From NCBI GenBank assembly GCA_031277335.1, contig JAITMM010000184.1, positions 2,541 through 66,540 of the forward strand: a stretch of DNA of 64,000 nucleotides, given 5' to 3'. Numbering within the stretch: the stretch's first letter is position 1; each line of letters begins with the position of its first letter. Position numbers and translations under genes: made by a program. The notes beneath the pieces were generated by a model that searched no databases, had not been told where the DNA came from, and saw only the letters and a program-made list of their open reading frames with translations. Of this stretch, positions 10,081 through 18,683 are shown piece by piece. The DNA comes from Tannerella sp. Its GTDB lineage: Bacteria; Bacteroidota; Bacteroidia; Bacteroidales; Tannerellaceae.

Positions 10081-11430
10081 ATGAATGAAATGTTGAATGT
10101 AAACAGAAGAGGGTTTCTCAAGGGATCTGCCTTGGGGGTGTTGGGCACGATGACAATGCCGGCTATTATAACAAGTTGCGCATCGGGCGGCGGAGAGAAA
10201 CTGATAGAGGTAGAAGTACCTGAGTTATTGAACAAAGCAGCTGAAGGCAGGCCTTTGAAAGCAGGCCTTGTAGGTTGCGGCGGGCGCGGTACGGGTGCTG
10301 CATTGAATTTTCTTGCTGCAGGCGACGGCTTGCAAATCACCGCCTTGGGTGATGTGTTTGAAGACAAAATGACAGCTTGTCGTAAAGAGTTGGGAGAGAA
10401 AGGAATAACGATTGCAGACGATCACTGCTTCATCGGGTTCGATGCGTATCAGAAAGTGATTGATTCGGGTATTGACCTTGTATTGCTTTGTACGCCACCT
10501 GTTTTCCGTCCTGCTCATTTCGATTATACGGTCGAAAAAGGCGTTCATTGTTTTATGGAGAAGCCTTGCGCCGTTGACCCTGTGGGTATCAGGCAGATAA
10601 TAGCGGCTGCCAAAAGAGCTGCTGCCAAGGAGCTTCGCGTCATCACCGGGACTATACGCAGGTCGGAAAGGAATTGCATCGAGACATATCGTCGCGTAGC
10701 CGGTGGCGCCATCGGCCAGCTTGTGTCGGCGCACGTGACGCGGCAAGGGTCGGGGCTGTGGTTTGTGAAACGTAAACCGGAAATGACCGATATGGAATAT
10801 ATGCTGCGCAACTGGGTGAACTTTTGCTGGACTTCGGGAGATTTTATAGTTGAGCAGTTTATCCACGAGATTGACCAGATGAACTGGTTCTTAGGAGATA
10901 TCACTCCGGTACGGGCAGAAGCTAATGGGGGACGTCACCGCCGCAACACGGGTGATATGTACGATTTCATCAGCGTCGAATACCTCTATGAAAACGGGAT
11001 GCGCGCCCATTGTACTTCGCGCCAGATAAACGGATGCGATAATCTGAACGGCGTATATGTCTACGGGACAAAAGGTTATACCAACTGTCGCGATAAGATT
11101 TTCAACCTTGACGGCTCTGTGGCGTGGGAATATCCATATCCGGCAAAAGATGCTCCCGACCAGTCGATGGCTGTGCTTGATCCGTTCATTCAGGAACACG
11201 TCAGATTGGTCAGCGCTATTCGCAATAATCAGAAACTAAATGATGTTGAGACTCATGCCCATTCCGTGTTAATCACAATTATGGGTCGCGAATCGGCTTA
11301 TACAGGTCGATTTGTGAAATGGGATGATATGGTTGCTTCGGATATGAAACTTGCGCCGGAGACATTTGCGTTCGGTCCTGTTCCGAACATTCCTGAGCAA
11401 ATCCACGTGCCGGGCATACCACTTGAATAA
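10081..11430 (+). CDS. Tat-exported Gfo/Idh/MocA-family oxidoreductase
   Basis: Twin-arginine signal NRRGFLKGSALGVLG, then a Rossmann motif (LVGCGGRGTGA) and the MEKP motif (FMEKPCAV). Confidence 0.85.
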   Translation: MNEMLNVNRRGFLKGSALGVLGTMTMPAIITSCASGGGEKLIEVEVPELLNKAAEGRPLKAGLVGCGGRGTGAALNFLAAGDGLQITALGDVFEDKMTACRKELGEKGITIADDHCFIGFDAYQKVIDSGIDLVLLCTPPVFRPAHFDYTVEKGVHCFMEKPCAVDPVGIRQIIAAAKRAAAKELRVITGTIRRSERNCIETYRRVAGGAIGQLVSAHVTRQGSGLWFVKRKPEMTDMEYMLRNWVNFCWTSGDFIVEQFIHEIDQMNWFLGDITPVRAEANGGRHRRNTGDMYDFISVEYLYENGMRAHCTSRQINGCDNLNGVYVYGTKGYTNCRDKIFNLDGSVAWEYPYPAKDAPDQSMAVLDPFIQEHVRLVSAIRNNQKLNDVETHAHSVLITIMGRESAYTGRFVKWDDMVASDMKLAPETFAFGPVPNIPEQIHVPGIPLE

Positions 11431-11589
11431 TAAATGCTCAATACCGGATTGCAAGAGGTGGCGGAATCTGTTTCCTATGCGGTGATGCAATTCTGATGGG
11501 ATGTAAAAATTTGGATATCATATAGCGTAATGATGATGTGAAATTTGGATATTTTATCGTGTAATGATATAATTAATAATGATTTAAAT

Positions 11590-12540
11590 ATGAAACGAAG
11601 AAATTTTATTAAAAATTCAATGTTGGCGGCCGGCGCGATGTCTATGGCTTCGCTGGAAAAGCTGGCTGCTTCGACCGGCGTAAATGTATATGATAATGCA
11701 ACAGCTTCGACGTTGGCTCCGGAGATAAGAGAAGCCTCGCAATCTGCTTTTAAAAAGGCTATTATGTGGGGTTCGGTCGGGATGGAAGGTTCTGTACTTG
11801 ACAAATGCAAGGCCATCAAAGCCGCAGGATTTGACGGCATCGAGCCTAATAGCCACATGGACAGAAAGGAAGTGTTGGCTGCAATGCAGGAGACAGGTTT
11901 ATTGGCTTCAGACGTCTGCAACTCAAAGCATTGGAACTTATTGCTGTCTTCTCCCGACAAAGCAATTCGCAGGCAAGGCATTGAGGCAATGATTGTTGCC
12001 ATGGAAGATGCCAAAGCCTACGGCACGGATGCCGTATTGCTGGTGCCGGGCAGAGTAGACGAAAATGTCACCTACGAAGAATGCTGGAAACGGTCTACCG
12101 ACGGTATATGGCAGCTCTTGCCTGTGGCACAGGAACTTAAAGTCAAGATTTGCATCGAAAACGTATGGAACAATTTTCTGATGAGTCCGATGGAAGCTCG
12201 CACCTATATTGATCAGTTTGGAAGTCCGTTTGTAGGCTCTTATTTTGATTGCGGCAATATACTCGCTTTCGGATGGCCGGAGCAATGGCTAAAGATACTT
12301 GGCACACGTGTCGGTCGTATACATATAAAAGAATATAGCAAGTCTGTTGCCGACAAAGCCGGTCGCAGCGCAGGTTTTAATGTTCCGTTGACCGAAGGCG
12401 AGGTGCGATGGAAAGAAGTGATGCAGCAGGCTCGCAACTCGTATAACGGCGTATGGCTTACAACCGAGCAGGGCAGTTCGAAGTCGTTGGCAGAGCTTAA
12501 AGACTTGAGCAGCAGGTTAGATAAGATATTGGCAATGTAG
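11590..12540 (+). CDS. Tat-exported sugar phosphate isomerase/epimerase (xylose-isomerase-like TIM barrel)
   Basis: The start at 11590 gives MKRRNFIKNSMLAAGAMSMA, a twin-arginine signal. The rest is typical of the AP-endonuclease-2/xylose-isomerase-like fold (ICIENVWNNF, GRIHIKEY). Confidence 0.85.
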   Translation: MKRRNFIKNSMLAAGAMSMASLEKLAASTGVNVYDNATASTLAPEIREASQSAFKKAIMWGSVGMEGSVLDKCKAIKAAGFDGIEPNSHMDRKEVLAAMQETGLLASDVCNSKHWNLLLSSPDKAIRRQGIEAMIVAMEDAKAYGTDAVLLVPGRVDENVTYEECWKRSTDGIWQLLPVAQELKVKICIENVWNNFLMSPMEARTYIDQFGSPFVGSYFDCGNILAFGWPEQWLKILGTRVGRIHIKEYSKSVADKAGRSAGFNVPLTEGEVRWKEVMQQARNSYNGVWLTTEQGSSKSLAELKDLSSRLDKILAM

Positions 12541-12566
12541 AGACGCGATAAGTCGCGTCTCTACAT
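12535..12566. terminator. Bidirectional hairpin terminator between convergent genes
   Basis: Perfect 14-bp stem (ATGTAGAGACGCGA / TCGCGTCTCTACAT) with a 4-nt loop. It includes the TAG stop of the plus-strand gene and ends 3 nt before the rny stop. Confidence 0.6.
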
Positions 12567-12568
12567 GA

Positions 12569-14107
12569 CTATTTTGCATAGCTGACAGCCCGCATCTCCC
12601 GGATGACGGTGATTTTCACCTGTCCGGGATATGTCATTTCGTCGTGAATCTTCTTTGCGATCTCATTAGACAGACTCTCAGTATCTTTATCGTCAATCTT
12701 ATCGGCTCCTACTATTACACGGAGTTCGCGTCCTGCCTGTATGGCATACGTTTTGACGACGCCGGGATACGTCATAGCTAACTGTTCGAGGTCGTTAAGA
12801 CGTTTGATATAAGCTTCCACTATTTCGCGGCGTGCACCGGGACGTGCTCCGGAGATTGCGTCACAGACTTGCACGATTGGTGCCAACAGGCTTTGCATTT
12901 CTACCTCATCGTGATGTGAGCCGACCATGTTGCAGATGTCGGGTTTTTCCTTATATTTCTCGCATATCTTCATCCCAAGAATAGCGTGAGGCATTTCAGG
13001 CTCTTCGTCAGTGACTTTGCCTATATCGTGCAAAAGGCCTGCGCGACGCGCTTTCTTTGAATTTAATCCTAACTCCGAAGCCATGACGGCGCAAAGGTTG
13101 GCAGTCTCACGAGCATGTTGCAAGAGATTTTGCCCATACGACGAACGATATTTCATCTTTCCGACCAGACGTATCAACTCGGGATGCAATCCGTGCACTC
13201 CCATGTCGATAGTAGTACGCTTGCCTGTTTCAACTATCTCGTCTTCAATCTGTTTGCGTATCTTTGTGACGACCTCTTCAATACGTGCCGGGTGTATGCG
13301 GCCGTCCTGCACGAGTTGATGCAGTGCAAGACGCGCCACTTCGCGTCGGACAGGGTCGAAACCTGAAAGGATAATTGCTTCAGGCGTATCGTCGACGATG
13401 ATTTCGATGCCGGTTGCGGCTTCCAATGCGCGAATATTTCGTCCTTCACGCCCGATGATCCGGCCTTTTATTTCGTCCGAGTCGATATGAAATACCGTGA
13501 TGGAATTTTCAATAGCCGTCTCTGTTGCAATACGTTGTATCGCTTTGACAACTACCTTCTTAGCTTCCTTGTTGGCATTCAGTTTTGCTTCTTCGATTAT
13601 GTCGCTGATAAACGATGCTGCTTCTGACTTGGCTTCGTCTTTCAGGGATTCGATAAGACGGCTTTTGGCTTCATCGGCAGACATTCCCGAGATGGTTTCC
13701 AGATGGAGAACCTCTTGTTGATGTAACTTTTCCACCTCCAGTTTTTTCTTTTCAATCAATAGAAGCTGACTATTAAAATTTTCCTTAACTGATTCGGTTT
13801 CAGATATTTTACGTTGAAGCTCTTCATGTCGTAGTCCAAATGCTATTTCGCGTTGTTTCTGTTTTGCTTCTGCTGCCTGAATCTTTGCGTTTCGTGATGC
13901 AGCTTGTTGTTCCCATTCGGCTTTTATTTGCAGATTTTTTTCTTTTGCTTCAAGTAATTTATTCTTTTTCAGTACTTCAGCTTCTTTTTCCGCTTCACTC
14001 AAGAGAATGTTATAGCGTGATTTTCCGTAGTAAATCATAAAAAAAACTGCCACGAGAGCTCCAAAGGCAAAAGTACCTATCGCAATCAACCATATTTCCA
14101 TATTCAA
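12569..14107 (-). CDS. rny: Ribonuclease Y
   Basis: 512 aa. N-terminal membrane anchor, long coiled coil, KH domain ([15 protein letters not shown]) and HD domain (LLHDIGK). Confidence 0.95.
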   Translation of the reverse strand: MNMEIWLIAIGTFAFGALVAVFFMIYYGKSRYNILLSEAEKEAEVLKKNKLLEAKEKNLQIKAEWEQQAASRNAKIQAAEAKQKQREIAFGLRHEELQRKISETESVKENFNSQLLLIEKKKLEVEKLHQQEVLHLETISGMSADEAKSRLIESLKDEAKSEAASFISDIIEEAKLNANKEAKKVVVKAIQRIATETAIENSITVFHIDSDEIKGRIIGREGRNIRALEAATGIEIIVDDTPEAIILSGFDPVRREVARLALHQLVQDGRIHPARIEEVVTKIRKQIEDEIVETGKRTTIDMGVHGLHPELIRLVGKMKYRSSYGQNLLQHARETANLCAVMASELGLNSKKARRAGLLHDIGKVTDEEPEMPHAILGMKICEKYKEKPDICNMVGSHHDEVEMQSLLAPIVQVCDAISGARPGARREIVEAYIKRLNDLEQLAMTYPGVVKTYAIQAGRELRVIVGADKIDDKDTESLSNEIAKKIHDEMTYPGQVKITVIREMRAVSYAK

Positions 14108-14203
14108 TGTATTTGTTATTTATTATATATTAAAAAACTATCTTTGTACGGATTACCATACAAAGTTGTGCGTAAGAAATTTCTACATCAAGATTAAAGT
14201 GAA

Positions 14204-14503
14204 TCAGTTAGCTTGTAAATACTCTTCCATGATCCCGGTGAGCTTTTGAACCTTTTGTATAAACGGCTTCGTATCGTTTTTCTCTTCCAGAACCGTAGCT
14301 TCGTAAGCCAATTGAATGGCAATCATTGCTAACAAGTCCCTTTCTTCTACCGATTTAGCAAAATACTGTCTATATTGTAACACATTTTGCTGAACTCTTT
14401 TAGCCGCTTGTCGGAACAGTGACTCCTCCCGAGAATCGCCTCTATCAAGCCTTATCGGGTAAGGTCTGCCTGCTATTTCCACATTTATAACAAAATCATC
14501 CAT
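14204..14503 (-). CDS. zapA: Cell division protein ZapA
   Basis: 99 aa. VEIAGRPYPIRLDR... is a typical ZapA N-terminus. Located upstream of rny. Confidence 0.8.
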   Translation of the reverse strand: MDDFVINVEIAGRPYPIRLDRGDSREESLFRQAAKRVQQNVLQYRQYFAKSVEERDLLAMIAIQLAYEATVLEEKNDTKPFIQKVQKLTGIMEEYLQAN

Positions 14504-14789
14504 TTAATAGCGCTATGCACTTTTCAACTTCTCGCACCAACTTCGTAAGTCGCTGTCGCGCAATTTTTGTTCCTCCATCTTCTGAAGAAACGACATGCGC
14601 CGTCAGCAAGTCCGAGTATTTAGTGTTCAAGACTTGAATCATCTGTTCAGCTCGCAATATGTTGTCTTTGAAAGTGTTGATTTGCAGGGTTAAATCCTCA
14701 ATTTTCCTTTTTCGTTCTTCGCACAACGACAAGAGGTCTTGCAATCTTACTTCGCATACTGCTAACAATTTTTCTTGATCTTCGGTCAT
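14496..14789 (-). CDS. Small coiled-coil protein, translationally coupled to zapA
   Basis: 97 aa with heptad-rich sequence. It overlaps the zapA start by 8 nt, and a TAnnTTTG box lies 19 nt upstream. Confidence 0.6.
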   Translation of the reverse strand: MTEDQEKLLAVCEVRLQDLLSLCEERKRKIEDLTLQINTFKDNILRAEQMIQVLNTKYSDLLTAHVVSSEDGGTKIARQRLTKLVREVEKCIALLNG

Positions 14790-14807
14790 ATCTCACCAAA
14801 TTCTCAA

Positions 14808-14815
14808 CAAAAGTA
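14808..14815 (-). promoter_or_regulatory. Candidate -7 promoter box (TACTTTTG on the minus strand) for the zapA operon
   Basis: The plus-strand sequence CAAAAGTA is the reverse complement of TAnnTTTG. It lies 19 nt upstream of the ATG at 14789. Confidence 0.4.
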
Positions 14816-14838
14816 GAGATATTTTTTAAACAAACAAT

Positions 14839-14846
14839 TATATTTG
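14839..14846 (+). promoter_or_regulatory. Candidate -7 promoter box, TATATTTG
   Basis: Exact TAnnTTTG match on the plus strand, back-to-back with the minus-strand box 24 nt away. Confidence 0.35.
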
Positions 14847-14849
14847 TGT

Positions 14850-15010
14850 TTTTTTCTTAAATTTTTGTTTCAAACACATCGGTCTGCTTGCGTCAGACGC
14901 ATCATTTGGGCGATAAAGATAAGTGGTGAGATGCTGCGTGGAGTACAGCCCGACGACAACGGTTTTTCCATGATTTATTGTGTTGTTTTGTCCTGAAAAC
15001 AACTCATTTT
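14850..15010 (+). ncRNA. Candidate small RNA, or a terminated 5' leader of the downstream sigma gene (about 155 nt)
   Basis: Bounded by the TATATTTG box at 14839-14846 and an 8-bp hairpin (GTTGTTTT-GTCCTG-AAAACAAC, 14982-15003) followed by TCATTTT. No convincing ORF on the plus strand. I did not recognise any RNA family. Confidence 0.25.
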
Positions 15011-15167
15011 GTACAATAATCGTAAGAATAGCGAATTTTTTCATGGAAAAAGTTGGAGTTTACTGAAAAACTTATTTCCTTTGCGTCGTTTTAGAATAAA
15101 AATTATTAATTAAAACTTGATTGCCTATAGCATACACATTACTCCTAACATTTTAAATTGAGAAGTA

Positions 15168-15761
15168 ATGAATAATTTGAAGACGATGACCGATGAAGAA
15201 TTGGTCGCTCTCTATGCAAAAGGTAGTAATCCTGCATTTGATGTCTTGTTGAATCGCTATAAAAGTAGCGTTCATTCGTACATATATTATATAGTACGTG
15301 ACAGGGATTTGACGGAAGATGTCTTCCAGGAGACATTTATGAAAGCTATTGTGACGATTAAACAAGGTCGTTACACGGAAAACGGCAAGTTTAAGGCTTG
15401 GATCATGCGTATCGCGCATAACTTGATTATCGACAATTTTCGCCAGGAACGTAACGAGAACACGATCTCGAATGACGAAGTAGAGTCTGATTTGTTCAAT
15501 GACATCAGCTTGTGCGAGGGCACCGTTGAAGACGAGATGGTTCAGAACCAGGTGTTTGCCGACATCAGAAAATTAGTCAGGCACCTGCCGGCCAATCAAC
15601 GCGAAGTATTGGAAATGCGCTATTATAAAGATATGAGCTTCAAGGAAATAGCCGAAGCGACAGGTGTGAGCATCAATACAGCCCTTGGGCGTATGCGCTA
15701 TGCCATTCTGAATATGCGCCGGATGGCAGAAGAAAACAAAATGGAGCTGGCGATAGCGTAG
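15168..15761 (+). CDS. RNA polymerase sigma-70 family (ECF-type) sigma factor
   Basis: 197 aa. Region 2 (DVFQETFMKAI...WIMRIAHNLIIDNFR) and region 4 (REVLEMRYYKDMSFKEIAEATGVSINTALGRMRYA). Confidence 0.9.
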   Translation: MNNLKTMTDEELVALYAKGSNPAFDVLLNRYKSSVHSYIYYIVRDRDLTEDVFQETFMKAIVTIKQGRYTENGKFKAWIMRIAHNLIIDNFRQERNENTISNDEVESDLFNDISLCEGTVEDEMVQNQVFADIRKLVRHLPANQREVLEMRYYKDMSFKEIAEATGVSINTALGRMRYAILNMRRMAEENKMELAIA

Positions 15762-16092
15762 AAAGACCGCAAAGCCGTAAAAAATTTTGTTCGGCAAGAC
15801 AATAAGGCCGGCAGATTTGATTCGATGCTAAAAAAAATGCAAGGCGGTTACAATAAACAACCCCTTGATGCGTTCTATTTGTAGTACATTTAACAAAATG
15901 CCTATGAATAGAAAAATTACTGTTTGCAACTCAATTAATGAACATAATAATGTGGCTAACAACATGAAAAAGATTGTGTTAAGGCCTAAGGAAAGTACGC
16001 TGGACTTCATTCGCCAATTTGCGCGGGTGTATTGTTTCGAGCCGAAACTTGGTTCACAGCTCGGTTCTTTTATCATCAACTGATATGATGAC

Positions 16093-16743
16093 ATGAAACG
16101 AATGATCGCCCCATCGCTATTGGCAGCCGATTTCATGAATTTGGAACGCGATGTCAAGATGATCAATCAAAGTGAAGCCGACTGGTTGCACCTTGATATC
16201 ATGGATGGGGTATTTGTGCCGAATATATCGTTCGGCTTTTCCGTTTTAGATGTTCTGAAAGACGTCTCTACCAAGCCATTAGATGTACATCTGATGATCG
16301 TTGAGCCGCAGAAGTTTATCCGTGAAGTGGCTGCTGCGGGGGCATATATGATGAATGTACATTATGAGGCCTGTGTGCATCTGCACCGCACTGTGGCAGC
16401 CATCAAAGATGCAGGCATGAGAGCCGGCGTAACCTTAAATCCGCACACTCCCGTTTCATTACTCGAAGACATACTTGCCGACGTGGATATGGTTTTGCTT
16501 ATGTCGGTCAATCCGGGATACGGAGCCCAGAAATTTATCGAACATTCCGTAGAAAAAACGGCCCGGTTAAGGAAAATGATTGATGATAAAGGGCTTCAGA
16601 CGCTGATTGAATTGGATGGAGGCGTCAATCTGAATACTGCGGGTCGTTTGTTTGCTGCCGGGGCCGATGTGCTTGTCGCCGGCAGTTATGTGTTTAAATC
16701 AGCCGATCCGTTGCGGACTATCAAAGAGTTAAAGAGGGTATAA
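16093..16743 (+). CDS. rpe: Ribulose-phosphate 3-epimerase
   Basis: 216 aa. IAPSLLAADF, HLDIMDGVFVPN and MSVNPGYGAQKF motifs. Confidence 0.95.
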   Translation: MKRMIAPSLLAADFMNLERDVKMINQSEADWLHLDIMDGVFVPNISFGFSVLDVLKDVSTKPLDVHLMIVEPQKFIREVAAAGAYMMNVHYEACVHLHRTVAAIKDAGMRAGVTLNPHTPVSLLEDILADVDMVLLMSVNPGYGAQKFIEHSVEKTARLRKMIDDKGLQTLIELDGGVNLNTAGRLFAAGADVLVAGSYVFKSADPLRTIKELKRV

Positions 16744-16753
16744 TGGAATAAAC

Positions 16754-18019
16754 ATGTTGGAAGAATTGCAAAAGCGACCTTTTGCAAGGCCTCTTTTATG
16801 GTGGATAGCAGGCATATTGCTGCAAGTCTGCTTCCCGCTTCAACAGTTGTCATGGCTGTTGTTCTTAGTTGTAGCAATCGTCATTTTACTTTCAATATTT
16901 GTGTCAAGACAGTCTGCGACAGTGTCATATCAATATCGCTGGGTGTGGGGTGTTTTGATTGCCTGCTGCTTCGTTTTTCTTTCTATTCAGACTACCGAGC
17001 TTGCCGTGCAAAGTGTGTCGACACCACGTTCAACGGGATGGCCGGAGGAAAAGGCAAAAGAAGTGCAAACCAACATGGCAAGCAAGCTGGAACCGTTGCA
17101 ACTTTCGGACGACGAGAAGTCAATATTAGCCACACTCACAATTAATTATAAAAAAGTATTAAGTCGTGGGGCACGATACAAGTTTACGGCTACCGGCGTT
17201 GCCCATATCCTTTCGGTGAGCGGCTATCACGTCGGAATAGTAGGCGGATTTCTGGCACTATTGTTTTCCGTGTTTCCCCGACGTCCTGTTTTCAACTGGT
17301 TGAAATATCTGATAACCATGCTATTGTTATGGACGTTTGCGTTTATTGCAGGACTTGCCAATCCTGCTGTCAGAGCTGCATTGATGTATTCCATTTATCT
17401 GACGGGATATGTTCTAACTCTCAATCACGAACGGTATAACACGTTGGCTGCCACTGCATTTTGTATGTTGGTCTATAATCCTTTATACTTATTTGATATT
17501 GGGTTTCAATTGAGTTTTACGGCAGTCTTCTTTATCCTTTATTTGCAACCGCGCCTCTACCGGTTGTTAGATGTGCGAAATCCTGTCCTGAAGTTGCTCT
17601 GGGGCATATTGACTGTGACAACTGCGGCTCAAATCGGGACAGTATTTCTAAGCTGCTATTATTTTGGATCCACATCGACCGTGTTTTTATTTACGAATCT
17701 GCTGTTGTCATTGCTGGCTACCGTCTTAATCCCGTTGGCTCTGTTATGGATGATTTTGCCGTCCGGCCTTCCCGGTAGCGGGGTACTACAATGGGCTATT
17801 GAGGTATCTACCAAAGGGATGATGGAGGTTATCAATCGATTTTCTCAAATACCCGGAGCTACGGTCGAGATGCACTTTGACCTGATAACCATGTTGTCGG
17901 CCTATGTCATACTGGGTTTTCTTCTTTATTATTTCCAGTCGAAGCGTATTAGAATGTTGATATCAGCACTTGTGTTGGTCTTGCTTCTGATAATCAGACA
18001 AATATATTTTTTGATATAA
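16754..18019 (+). CDS. comEC: ComEC/Rec2-family integral membrane protein (no metallo-beta-lactamase domain)
   Basis: 421 aa and polytopic. Competence-domain core TGVAHILSVSGYHVGIV. The ORF ends within transmembrane helices. Confidence 0.8.
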   Translation: MLEELQKRPFARPLLWWIAGILLQVCFPLQQLSWLLFLVVAIVILLSIFVSRQSATVSYQYRWVWGVLIACCFVFLSIQTTELAVQSVSTPRSTGWPEEKAKEVQTNMASKLEPLQLSDDEKSILATLTINYKKVLSRGARYKFTATGVAHILSVSGYHVGIVGGFLALLFSVFPRRPVFNWLKYLITMLLLWTFAFIAGLANPAVRAALMYSIYLTGYVLTLNHERYNTLAATAFCMLVYNPLYLFDIGFQLSFTAVFFILYLQPRLYRLLDVRNPVLKLLWGILTVTTAAQIGTVFLSCYYFGSTSTVFLFTNLLLSLLATVLIPLALLWMILPSGLPGSGVLQWAIEVSTKGMMEVINRFSQIPGATVEMHFDLITMLSAYVILGFLLYYFQSKRIRMLISALVLVLLLIIRQIYFLI

Positions 18020-18049
18020 ACGATATTTTGCTTTTTGAAATAAAAACAT

Positions 18050-18057
18050 TACCTTTG
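18050..18057 (+). promoter_or_regulatory. Candidate promoter: TTTG (18027-18030), N19, TACCTTTG
   Basis: The -33 TTTG and -7 TAnnTTTG are separated by 19 nt. The -7 box is 15 nt upstream of the ATG at 18072. Confidence 0.45.
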
Positions 18058-18071
18058 CGGGAAAAAAGATA

Positions 18072-18560
18072 ATGAAAACGTACTCAATCTCGTATCTATT
18101 CCTGATGTTGATACTTCTTTGCGGATGCCGTTCGACGCCGACAGATTTCTCCCTTTTCTTCACCGTAGAGAGTGTAGATATTTATACGCTCTCGCTTGAA
18201 ATCCAAAAAGATAAGTTTTATTATATACGTCAACAGAATATTTATCTTGACAAGAATGACGGTCAGGAACATATAAGCACTTCGCAAGGCATTATGTCTG
18301 AAGAAGATTTTGCCAACCTACGGCAATTAATCGCTAAAAGCAGTCTTTTCAATTTGAAAGATTCGTATGGGTTTGATCAAGAAGATGAGAAAAATGACCC
18401 GCTCAGCGATCTTGTATATCAACTTACATATACACAAGGTAAAAAGAATAAATTCATCACTTTACGCCTCAAACCGGACGATAAATATCCGGAATCACTC
18501 ATTCAACTGATTCAATTTCTTTCTCAATTTACATCAAAGAATTTAGTCAAAACAGATTGA
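18072..18560 (+). CDS. Hypothetical lipoprotein
   Basis: 162 aa with the lipobox signal MKTYSISYLFLMLILLCGC. I recognised no family. Confidence 0.6.
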   Translation: MKTYSISYLFLMLILLCGCRSTPTDFSLFFTVESVDIYTLSLEIQKDKFYYIRQQNIYLDKNDGQEHISTSQGIMSEEDFANLRQLIAKSSLFNLKDSYGFDQEDEKNDPLSDLVYQLTYTQGKKNKFITLRLKPDDKYPESLIQLIQFLSQFTSKNLVKTD

Positions 18561-18596
18561 TGATATTGTTTGTCTTGCAACATTCATTTTTTTTAT

Positions 18597-18604
18597 TAAT
18601 TTTG
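18597..18604 (+). promoter_or_regulatory. Candidate -7 promoter box TAATTTTG for the radical-SAM cassette
   Basis: TAnnTTTG match 80 nt upstream of the ATG at 18684, with TTTG at 18569-18572 upstream of it. Confidence 0.35.
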
Positions 18605-18683
18605 CAGAAATTTTATAATCTTCAGGATTAATCCTGACGGATTGTAGCCTATCGAATTGTGTATGAATAATATTTGAAAAGAT

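Noticed and set aside
14838-15044. A 68-aa minus-strand ORF (MKKFAILTIIV...) in the zapA/sigma spacer.
   Set aside because: It would start 250 nt upstream of the minus-strand promoter box region. I recognised no family, and it overlaps the hairpin and promoter elements. I treat the region as non-coding or RNA, though with low certainty.
15964-16083. A 39-aa plus-strand ORF (MKKIVLRPKESTLDFIRQFARVYCFEP...) between the sigma-factor gene and rpe.
   Set aside because: It is too short to support without homology or expression data, and it has no transmembrane segment or anti-sigma-like features. I leave it as a possibility only.
18561-18683. A cobalamin riboswitch upstream of the B12-radical-SAM gene.
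   Set aside because: I looked for the conserved B12-box-like core and multi-stem GC-rich structure. The 123-nt spacer is AT-rich and contains only a simple 16-nt palindrome.
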